Origin: an uncultured delta proteobacterium
GTDB taxonomy: Bacteria; Desulfobacterota; BSN033; UBA1163
Direction: 5' to 3'
Length of the DNA stretch: 64,000 bases
NCBI GenBank assembly: GCA_963708295.1
Contig: CAVPSJ010000005.1
Location: 1 to 64,000, forward strand
Shown one piece after another: positions 29,208 through 37,188 of this stretch (position 1 is its first letter; each line of letters begins with the position of its first letter). Under the pieces are notes generated by a model that was given only the letters and a program-made list of their open reading frames with translations, had not been told where the DNA came from and made no database searches. The position numbers and the translations under genes are program-made.

Positions 29208-29712
29208 GAAATCTCAAATGCCAAATACCAAATGTCAAACAAAATCCAAATGCCAAACGATGGAGCAGCCCTCACTTACTTTTTTACTATAAACCGTAAA
29301 GATAGACAAGACAAGAAGAATTGGAAGAATTGGACATGCTGACAGTCGACGAAATATTGCTTGATTTTTGACGAGTTGTGCGTTAATTTGAACAGGGTAT
29401 TCCAAACACCAAATTTCAAGCAGCGAGCACCAAGAATTTCCAAATTCCAATGACCGGGCCTTAGTCCCCTCTCCCCTTGTGGGAGAGGGTTAGGGTGAGG
29501 GGATTAGTTATTCGGACATTGATCATCGGTTTTTATTTGGGATTTGGTTATTGGGATTTCAACAAGCCGTAGGGTCAGCGTCCACGCTGACCTACCAGGC
29601 AGACGAGACGCCTGCCCTACGAAGAGTGACAAATTGATAATTATTAGAGGTTCCCTTGAGCATTTGGGTGATTTGAGTTTATTTGAAATTTGACATTTGG
29701 TATTTGGAATTG
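29208..29712. repeat. Nested intergenic repeats: ~7-nt tandem arrays in inverted orientation plus two REP-like palindromes
   Basis: CCAAATACCAAATGTCAAA (29221-29239) has a perfect inverted copy at 29689-29707; palindrome 29465-29502 (CCCCTCTCCC...GGGAGAGGG..GAGGGG); GTAG...CTAC REP at 29569-29620. Confidence 0.65.
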
Positions 29713-29724
29713 AATTAGAAACGT

Positions 29725-29800
29725 GGTCCCATCGTCTAGTGGCCTAGGACACTGGCCTCTCACGTCGGTAACACGGGTTCGAATCCCGTTGGGACCACCA
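29725..29800 (+). tRNA. tRNA-Glu (anticodon CTC)
   Basis: GGTCCCA acceptor stem, D-loop TAGTGG, anticodon arm CTGGC-CTCTCAC-GTCGG, GGTTCGAATCC, encoded CCA. Confidence 0.96.
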
Positions 29801-30218
29801 GATAAAGACAGGGGATTAGCCATTTGGTTAATCCCTTTATTATTTTCCAATGACCAGATAGTGTCCGTTCGGAATCGAATTTAGCCTTTTTTGACCGCTT
29901 TTTGTTCAGGGACTAACAGCCATGGATTGCCGTCCCCGTTAAACTTACCTCCAAAATCTCTACCTATTTATCTTGGGGAAATCTGTCTAATCTTGGTGAT
30001 TTCTCCAGTGGATAACTTCCTCTTCTATTGTTTTTACATTTTTGCCCCACCCCACAAACCAAAATCATTCATATCGAACTTTGAAAAATTTCCTTTAAAA
30101 TACTGCCTCTTTTTTCCTGGAATACAGTATTTACCCTATTTACTTCCAAGTCATGGCAGAGGGAAAATATAGGGTAAGAAAGGGAAGATACTTTCTTCAC
30201 ATTCCAGCCCAAAAAGCA

Positions 30219-30593
30219 ATGAAGAAATTTAGCATCTTAGTAGTGGATGATAACGATTTTTTTCGAAAAGCCCTCATGGAGAGGCTGCAAACTTCTTTCC
30301 CAGGGGTAGCCGTTAATGAGGTAGCAGACGGAGGTGAGGCTTTGCAGAAAGTCGACGCCTTCCTTCCTGATCTCATTTTTATGGATATTAAACTATCCGA
30401 AGAAAATGGTTTGGAACTCACGAAGAAAATTAAGGCAGCCCATCCCAATATTATCGTTTTTATTACCACAAGTTATGATGTATTTGAATATCGAGATGCT
30501 GCTTCCCAGTATGGGGCTAATCGTTTTCTTTCAAAAGCTTCTTTTAATTGGGGGGAGCTTGAAGAGTTGATCAAATCCTATCAGAAAGTTTAG
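30219..30593 (+). CDS. Single-domain response regulator (receiver only)
   Basis: ILVVDD, LIFMDI, NGLE, TSY, FLSK. Confidence 0.9.
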   Translation: MKKFSILVVDDNDFFRKALMERLQTSFPGVAVNEVADGGEALQKVDAFLPDLIFMDIKLSEENGLELTKKIKAAHPNIIVFITTSYDVFEYRDAASQYGANRFLSKASFNWGELEELIKSYQKV

Positions 30594-30674
30594 ACAGGAA
30601 GAGGTGAGAGGAATGATATTGAAAAGACTTTTGATTCGGAAACCTACAATAGGCTATGGGAAAGGACGCCTACC

Positions 30675-30854
30675 ATGAAGGAGGGCGACATCTTTGAAAG
30701 TCTTTTAGACGGAATGGATTATGTAGTTAGGAACATCGTCAACAGCATGGTTGTTCTTCAATCAAGAAATGGAGACAGACGAATATTAACCGAGGTTGAG
30801 ACTTTAAGAATCAAATCATTTTATCTGAAAAAGGAGAAAAAGAGTAATCCATGA
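30675..30854 (+). CDS. Small hypothetical protein (59 aa, not in the ORF track)
   Basis: GGAAAGGA RBS; MKEGDIFESLLDGMDYVVRNIVNSMVVLQS...; stop overlaps the next ATG (ATGA). Confidence 0.55.
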   Translation: MKEGDIFESLLDGMDYVVRNIVNSMVVLQSRNGDRRILTEVETLRIKSFYLKKEKKSNP

Positions 30855-30973
30855 CGAAACAAGAGCAATGGAACAGAGTTTTGGGCTTGGGTGCATGGGA
30901 TTGCCTCAGTGTGAATTTGATTGCTCTCATGATCACCATTGTTCTTTGTCTTATTTTATTCCGAATCATTTGA
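30851..30973 (+). CDS. Small single-TM protein (40 aa, not in the ORF track)
   Basis: AAGGAG RBS; MTKQEQWNRVLGLGAWDCLSVNLIALMITIVLCLILFRII. Confidence 0.5.
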   Translation: MTKQEQWNRVLGLGAWDCLSVNLIALMITIVLCLILFRII

Positions 30974-31263
30974 CCGTGTGATTTACCAGTGGCAACGTCA
31001 AATGGTCCTACCTTCATTGTTTATTTCTTTCGATAGTCGTCAACTCACGGATCATCTCTCCATTGCAGACTCGTGGGTGCTATCTGAAGTCCAAGTCTCT
31101 GAGGATTTTTTCGTGCTGCCCAGTTCAAGGGAGGATGAACAAATCCTTCGGCCCTGTCCTTCATGCCGGAAGGGATTTTGTTCGTTTTGATTTGTGGGAA
31201 CGATTTATGTTAAAAAATAGACTTATCTGAGGATAGATGCAAGAGAGATCAGGAGGACGAAAG

Positions 31264-31965
31264 GTGGCAGGTTCTTTGAACAGAGAGGAACTGGACGCGA
31301 TCCGCAAGTGGCCGACGTGCGCCGTTGCGAACGCCATCGAGCTTTTCAACATTCGCCCGCGGAACCATGGATTCATGCTTCCCGACATCGAGTGCATGTA
31401 TCCTGACCTGGGGCCCATGATCGGCTACGCCGTCACCGCGGTGATCACGGCCGAGTCTTCCGAGGGGCGCCGTGTGCAGCCGCACGATTGGTGGAAAGAA
31501 ATCCTCAAGATTCCTGAGCCGCGCGTGGTTGTGATTCACGACGTCGATCGCCCTGCGCTCGGGTCCTTCTGGGGCGAGGTCAATGCCAACATCCACAAGT
31601 CCCTCGGTTGCGTGGGCGCGGTGACCGACGGCTCCGTTCGCGATATGACCGAGGTAAAAGAAGCGGGGTTTCACTTCTTCGCGAGTTGCGTGAGTGTCTC
31701 CCACGCCTATGTCCATCTGGTGGACGTCGGCGTTCCGGTGACCGTAGGAGGCCTCGTGGTAAGGCCGGGTGATTTGATCATGGGCGATTTGCACGGCGTC
31801 CTTTCGATTCCCGCGGAGATTGCAAAGGATGTCCCTGCGGCGGCTCAGCTCGTAGAGGATTGGGAGCGTCCCATCATCAACTTCTGCAAGTCGAAAACGT
31901 TCACGATCGAGGGTCTCAAAGAGCGTTATCTCTCCCCCAGGCCGACGTGGCCGCCCGGGAAGTAG
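31264..31965 (+). CDS. RraA-family / HMG-aldolase-like protein
   Basis: TCAVANA, GYAVT, FWGEV, GAVTDGSVRD, VRPGDLIMGDLHGV; AGGAGG RBS before GTG. Confidence 0.9.
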   Translation: MAGSLNREELDAIRKWPTCAVANAIELFNIRPRNHGFMLPDIECMYPDLGPMIGYAVTAVITAESSEGRRVQPHDWWKEILKIPEPRVVVIHDVDRPALGSFWGEVNANIHKSLGCVGAVTDGSVRDMTEVKEAGFHFFASCVSVSHAYVHLVDVGVPVTVGGLVVRPGDLIMGDLHGVLSIPAEIAKDVPAAAQLVEDWERPIINFCKSKTFTIEGLKERYLSPRPTWPPGK

Positions 31966-32009
31966 ACAGAACTGGGGAGAGGTAACCGGAAGGCACGTGG
32001 ATTCTTGCT

Positions 32010-32651
32010 ATGGCTAAGCGGAGCTCGAGAAAAAGAACCAGTCCGTTTCAGTTTCTTGTCGAAGAGGCCGGGCGGCTCGGGGCGATCGAGGCCAAGATCG
32101 TCACGCCGGGCATGGTCGTGGTTGAAGATCGGGTGTTGTTAAAATGTAAAACCGGGTGTAACATGTACGCCCAAAAGTTTGTCTGCCCTCCTCACACCCC
32201 GACCCCGCAGGAATTCAGAAAAATTCTGAAGGAGTACAAGGCAATCCTTGTCGCGAAATTTCCGGCAGAGGCAGAAGCCGATGAGAACGTGGGAAGAAGC
32301 CTCGTCAAAAACCTGTGTGCACCGGACACGCCTGCCGACCTTCGCATCCGGACAAAAGAGTTTTGGGACACGTGGGGCAGGGACAAGAGGAGTATTCTGC
32401 TGACCATGCTTGCGTTGGAGAAAGAAGCCTTCAATCAGGGCTACACCTTGGCGGTCGCCCTGACGGCAGGGTCCTGCGCCCTTTGCGAAAAATGCGACAT
32501 GGAAGGACCCTGCGCCCACCCTACGATGGCGCGATATCCAGAACATGCCCTCGGAGTGAATGTGAAGAAAACGCTCAGGAATATAGGCATGTCGATCACA
32601 TTTCCCTTCGAGAAGCACCCAGAAGGCATCGGCATGTTGTTAATTGATTAG
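32010..32651 (+). CDS. DUF2284 metal-binding protein
   Basis: RVLLKCKTGC..Y....CPP; LEKEAF..GY; GSCALCEKC...CAHP..ARYPEHALGVNV. Confidence 0.85.
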   Translation: MAKRSSRKRTSPFQFLVEEAGRLGAIEAKIVTPGMVVVEDRVLLKCKTGCNMYAQKFVCPPHTPTPQEFRKILKEYKAILVAKFPAEAEADENVGRSLVKNLCAPDTPADLRIRTKEFWDTWGRDKRSILLTMLALEKEAFNQGYTLAVALTAGSCALCEKCDMEGPCAHPTMARYPEHALGVNVKKTLRNIGMSITFPFEKHPEGIGMLLID

Positions 32652-32663
32652 AGAGGCGCAATC

Positions 32664-33689
32664 ATGATATCGAGAATTTTGGTTCCGTGGGCTCTCCCGG
32701 AAGCCGGGAGAGAGATTCTCAGAAAATCGAAACTGCGCATCACTTATCTTCATGGACCGGCCGGAGAATTGCCGACGTTGGAGGAACTGGTCCAGGCGGT
32801 AAAAGAGGCGGACGTGGTACTTCCAAGGGGAACTCAACCTGTTCCTCGAGAGGTGTTGGTCGCAAATCCAGCTCTGCGTGGGGTTGCCAACCATGGGGTG
32901 GGATACGATAGTGTCGATGTGGGGTCGGCAACAGAGCTCGGGATTCCGGTAACGAACACCCCTGAAATCTTGACGGAGACGACAGCCGATCTCGCCTGGG
33001 GATTGCTGATCGCGACAGCGCGGAGGATTCCCCAAACCCACACCTTTACGGTTTCGGGCAGATTTACAGGACCTGTCGGCCACCCTTTCATGGGAATGGA
33101 CATCAGCCCCGGAGGGTCGAATCGCCCCAAGGTGCTTGGGATTATCGGCTTTGGTAGAATCGGGCGTGCGGTGATGAGGAGGAGCAAAGGCTTCAGGATG
33201 AAGGTCATCGCCTATGATCCTCCCTTGAGAGAAGTGGTTGAGAAGACACGGGGCGTCGAATATCGACAGCTTCACGAGCTTCTCAAAGAAAGCGATTTCG
33301 TCACCCTTCACTGTCCCCTGACAAAGGAGACACGCCATCTCATCGGAAAAAGCGAGCTGGAGCTTATGAAACCCACGGCGGTCCTGATCAACGCGTCTCG
33401 AGGCCCCGTGGTGGATGAGATGGCCCTGGTATCGGCGCTTAAGGAGAAGAAGATCTTCGGGGCCGGGCTCGATGTTTACGAAAAGGAACCGCAGCTGGCA
33501 CCGGGCCTTGCCGGGCTGGAGAATGTGGTCCTCCTGCCTCACATTGGAAGCCTGACCCAGGAGACGCGAAACCAGATGGCCATCCTGGCGGCCAAGAACG
33601 CGGTGGCCATGGCGAAAAAAAAGAAACCACGCAATCTTGTGAATCCCGAGGTTCTGAACCGGCCGGAATATCTCCAGAAGGCCTTCTGA
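32664..33689 (+). CDS. D-2-hydroxyacid dehydrogenase (glyoxylate/hydroxypyruvate reductase-like)
   Basis: GVGYDSVD, TNTP..LTETTAD, GFGRIG, INASRG, GLDVYEKEP, LPHIGS. Confidence 0.93.
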   Translation: MISRILVPWALPEAGREILRKSKLRITYLHGPAGELPTLEELVQAVKEADVVLPRGTQPVPREVLVANPALRGVANHGVGYDSVDVGSATELGIPVTNTPEILTETTADLAWGLLIATARRIPQTHTFTVSGRFTGPVGHPFMGMDISPGGSNRPKVLGIIGFGRIGRAVMRRSKGFRMKVIAYDPPLREVVEKTRGVEYRQLHELLKESDFVTLHCPLTKETRHLIGKSELELMKPTAVLINASRGPVVDEMALVSALKEKKIFGAGLDVYEKEPQLAPGLAGLENVVLLPHIGSLTQETRNQMAILAAKNAVAMAKKKKPRNLVNPEVLNRPEYLQKAF

Positions 33690-34067
33690 AATCGTCTATC
33701 GCAGACCTTCTTTTTGCCCGTGACTAAATTGCCTGATGGTTTCTTTTATGAGCCAACCATTCCGCCTAACTTTCTATTCAAGATCCCAGCCGACAATCCT
33801 CAGTTTCGAGTTCACCCTGGAGGCGAAGCCTTGTTGGCGGAGCCCACGACATTTCTGCCGAGGATTCATCTCTTGAAGAGCGATTCCTGAACCTCCCTTT
33901 AAGCTGGAAGACTTCGATTCCGAAATCAATAAAAATCGGAAAAATTTCGTTTTTAGGGAAATAATACGGGACTTTTGTAGAAACCTCTTTCCTCTTTGGC
34001 TCCCGTCAAAGTATTGGAGTTTGCGAAAGATAAGGTGGTTATGAGAGCTTATGATGATAGCCGAGAC

Positions 34068-34084
34068 TCGGCATCAAAAATGCA
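34068..34084 (+). promoter_or_regulatory. sigma54 promoter
   Basis: TCGGCATCAAAAATGCA (GG-N10-GC), about 75 nt upstream of the ORF at 34158. Confidence 0.5.
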
Positions 34085-34157
34085 ATGAAAAAGCCCTGCT
34101 AAGGGAAAAGCTTAAGGGTGAACTCAGGTCAAAACAGTATTAACCTTCCATTGGCTT

Positions 34158-34355
34158 ATGTTGGTTTACGAGATATACACATTCAATGAGACAAAAGGCT
34201 ATGAGCTCATCGCGGTTCTCCCGGAGAGAAGAAAGAACCCGGCGAGAATAACAAAGAACTCTGTAATGAATTGGGGGAAAATGCTTTCGGGTGATGACGG
34301 GGATGGCAAGAACATATTCTTCAAGCCCGTCAGAATAGACGCGAACGACCATTAA
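34158..34355 (+). CDS. Small hypothetical protein ('ERRK' family, paralog A)
   Basis: Aligns with 35726-35944: Y..Y...G...L.ERRK...S...W.K...G...IF. Confidence 0.7.
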   Translation: MLVYEIYTFNETKGYELIAVLPERRKNPARITKNSVMNWGKMLSGDDGDGKNIFFKPVRIDANDH

Positions 34356-34577
34356 ATGACAGGGTCAGAAATACCTCTACTTTCCTTAGCGCTTCCTTCC
34401 TGAAGTCCTCAAACTGAGATTGCTTATCGCCTTGCCAGATTTCAAACAATAATCCTCGAGAAGATAGTTTTCACAACCGTTTTTAAGACCTTTCCCATAC
34501 TTGACTTATTGAGTAGGAATGAACAAATTTTGAGCGGGAGAAAGATATCTATATCTTAAATAAAAGGAGGGATTAGC

Positions 34578-35270
34578 ATGAAGCCACACAAGTCAGTTCG
34601 TCTAATTTTCGGTATCGTCATTCTTTCGGTTGTTTTTACTCTTGCCTCAACTGCAGGACCTGTCATGGCTGCGGACAAGGAGGAGGCCCAGGGCATCGTC
34701 GACAAGGCCAAGGTCACACTGGAGGAGTTCTTGCGTGACAAGAATTACTCGTGGGTCAATGAGAACATCGACAAGGAAAAAGGGGTTCTCATCTATCCTC
34801 AGGTGCTCAAGGCGGGTTTCATTTTGGGTGGCTCTGGCGGGACTGGTGTGTTCCTCGCGAGGAATGCGAAGGGCGAGTGGAGCCAACCTGCATTTTACAC
34901 CATGGGCTCGGTGAGCTTCGGCCTGCAGATCGGGGGGGAGGCCGCAGAGGTGATCGTGCTGTGCATGAATCAGAAGGCGGTCGACGCGCTGATGACGTCA
35001 AAAGTGAAGTTCGGCGGGGATACGTCGATTGCCCTCGGGCCTGTCGGGGCGGGCGCGAAGTCGAATGTGGTGGCCGACTTCGTCTCCTTTGCAAAGTCCA
35101 AGGGACTCTATGCGGGCCTCAATCTCGATGGCTCCGTCGTGGATGTCAGGGAGGGCCTGAATCAGGCTTACTACGGTAAAAGTCTGACGCCCATCCAGAT
35201 TGTTGTTGATAAAAAGGCAACGAATCCTGGCTCTTCTGCTCTCAGAGCAGCACTGAAGAAAGCGAAGTAA
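34578..35270 (+). CDS. Lipid-binding SYLF (Ysc84) domain exported protein
   Basis: Signal peptide; KAGFILGGSGGTGV, GSVSFGLQIG, SKGLYAGLNLDGS, NQAYYG. Confidence 0.92.
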   Translation: MKPHKSVRLIFGIVILSVVFTLASTAGPVMAADKEEAQGIVDKAKVTLEEFLRDKNYSWVNENIDKEKGVLIYPQVLKAGFILGGSGGTGVFLARNAKGEWSQPAFYTMGSVSFGLQIGGEAAEVIVLCMNQKAVDALMTSKVKFGGDTSIALGPVGAGAKSNVVADFVSFAKSKGLYAGLNLDGSVVDVREGLNQAYYGKSLTPIQIVVDKKATNPGSSALRAALKKAK

Positions 35271-35407
35271 CTGAAACTCCGGATCACCTTTCGCGGTGTT
35301 CCGGGGAGAGCTAAGAATATCTCATCGTCTTCAAGGGATTGACCATTTGGTTAATCCCCTTATTTTCCCTGGTAACCGAATAGCGTCCGGTTGCGCGGGT
35401 CCTCTCC

Positions 35408-35707
35408 ATGTTTGAGAAGGATATGATCAACGCTCATGCGGCCAAGGAGGGACTGCTCCAGCTCCTTTCGAGCAAGGAAACACCTGAAGAGATAGTAGGT
35501 AAGGGCCGTTTCCGCCTAGTCTCCGATGCCACCGAGCTCGAAACGCTCATCGACCGGATACTTGCCGTGCATCCGTCCGATGTCGAGGACTTCCGGAAGG
35601 GGAATGCGAAGGTGATGAGATTCGTGATGGGGCTTGCCATGAAGGCATCCCAGGGTAAGGCCAACCCGAAGCTTCTGAAAGAGAATCTCACGAAACGATT
35701 GAATTGA
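35408..35707 (+). CDS. Stand-alone GatB/YqeY C-terminal domain (possibly a truncated gatB remnant)
   Basis: LVSDATELETLIDRILAVHPSDVEDFRKGNAKVMRFVMGLAMKASQGKANPKLL. Confidence 0.75.
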   Translation: MFEKDMINAHAAKEGLLQLLSSKETPEEIVGKGRFRLVSDATELETLIDRILAVHPSDVEDFRKGNAKVMRFVMGLAMKASQGKANPKLLKENLTKRLN

Positions 35708-35725
35708 ATACCTTTTTCCCGGGAG

Positions 35726-35944
35726 CTAAGAATCTTTTTCTTCCTTTAGCTCATCCGGGACAACAAAGATCATGTTCTTATTTTTCACCGTTTGGCCAAA
35801 CATCGATTTTGCCCAGCTTAAACCAGATTCGAGTTTGCTTTTTCCCCTCAGATCCTTCCTTCTCTCTACTAAAATGCCCATGGGATCGCCTTTTTTGAGC
35901 TTTTGATTCTTATAAAGAACTTTATACGTTATCTTCTTGCCCAT
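35726..35944 (-). CDS. Small hypothetical protein ('ERRK' family, paralog B)
   Basis: YKVLYKN...GILVERRKD...SGLSWAKSMFG...IFVVP. Confidence 0.7.
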   Translation of the reverse strand: MGKKITYKVLYKNQKLKKGDPMGILVERRKDLRGKSKLESGLSWAKSMFGQTVKNKNMIFVVPDELKEEKDS

Positions 35945-35983
35945 GCCGCCCCCCAATTTATATTATTCCACACTTAGATAAAT

Positions 35984-35999
35984 TGCAATCTCAATGCCA
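35984..35999 (-). promoter_or_regulatory. sigma54 promoter
   Basis: Minus strand TGGCATTGAGATTGCA, near-consensus -24/-12, 40 nt upstream of the ATG. Confidence 0.7.
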
Positions 36000-36368
36000 A
36001 AAGACCCATGTTTTGCAATTAGCCAAATCTTAAAGGTTCTTCAAAATTGTGAAGCTCTGTGGGAAGCGGAAGGGTAGCATTTTTTGCCTTAAGGTGACCA
36101 TGTTTTGTCCCCATACCCCCAACCGTTGACCTGCGCGTCTTCATCCCCCGGTGGGATGACCCATTGGGTATAGCCTGATTCTTATTCCTTTGGGTTAAGG
36201 AATTTTAATCCAAATTTCATCTCAATTTAATCTTTTCATGGGAGAATGGTGGCTTCTAAGATTTGGAAATCTTGGAAGAGAGAAAAAAGCCATAAACAGA
36301 GAAACCCTTTGTGGTTCATGAACGATATTCGATTAAACAAAGGGAACCGAATTGAGAGGGGTTTTTCA

Positions 36369-36506
36369 ATGGGGAGAAAAGCGGGAAAATATATCAATGT
36401 AGAAATCTTCGATTCACATCAAGCGGTTGACTTAACTCAAATGACAAACCTGGTCGTCCTGGTCTTTTCAATTATTCTTTGCTTCCTCTTATTCCTCGCC
36501 AAGTGA
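36369..36506 (+). CDS. Small single-TM protein (45 aa)
   Basis: GAGGGG RBS; C-terminus NLVVLVFSIILCFLLFLAK resembles that of 30851-30973. Confidence 0.5.
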   Translation: MGRKAGKYINVEIFDSHQAVDLTQMTNLVVLVFSIILCFLLFLAK

Positions 36507-36528
36507 CGAACTGCACCGAGCTATTGCA

Positions 36529-37138
36529 TTAAGGATTGTTGGCCTGACCCACATCCAGCCATTCAGCGAGCATGGATGCGTAACCCGGCTCCAGATGCTG
36601 GCTGGAGTAAAGAAATATTGTTCCGACGGAGGTGATTGTCTGGGCGATGTCTTGATACTCTGCCTGCTCCCCCATTTTTTTTAAACACTCAAAAATCTTT
36701 TCCTGGGTGAGGTCAAAGGGCGATTCCATGAAGATATCGAGAGGGACAGGACGGGGATAGAGCGCCGAGTTTTCGCGGATGACCTCCGCCATCATGAGCA
36801 GAAGGTCTTCTTCTCTCCGGGTCAGGAGAGTCGCATACGCTTCGCTCATGGCAAGAGAGGAATAGTACCGCGAAAGGCCGTCCTTGCCCTTCCTTTCCCG
36901 CAGATCCTCGTTTCTATGAAGCGTCTCTTTAAGGATTGAAACCCGCTTCGGTAAAACCGTCTTCTTCTTTTTCAGATTCAAGAAACCCCCGGTTGAGAAG
37001 TTCTGACAGAATCTCTTCCGTCAATACGAAACGGCCTTCCTTGCTCTTTTCACGGATGATGCTGGTTGCGACAAGAATGGCCGTCTCCCGGCTGGAATCC
37101 TTCTGGTTCAAGGATGTTTCTTTAGTTTCAGGGCACAT
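36529..37138 (-). CDS. ydhW: YdhW-like oxidoreductase accessory protein (split by a +1 frameshift near 36945)
   Basis: YYSSLAMSEAYA, IRENSALYPRP, DIAQTITSVG.FLYS; downstream of the ydhV-like gene; removing one G joins FTEA-VSILKETL. Confidence 0.72.
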
Positions 37139-37188
37139 ATGGATTGACTCCCCCCCTCTCCTTCCCCTTACCCCGGTTTAAGAATCGC

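Noticed and set aside
29208-29712. CRISPR array
   Set aside because: Repeat units are ~7 nt and degenerate, with no unique spacers and no cas genes.
32640-33542. 300-aa minus-strand ORF
   Set aside because: Antisense to a clear 2-hydroxyacid dehydrogenase.
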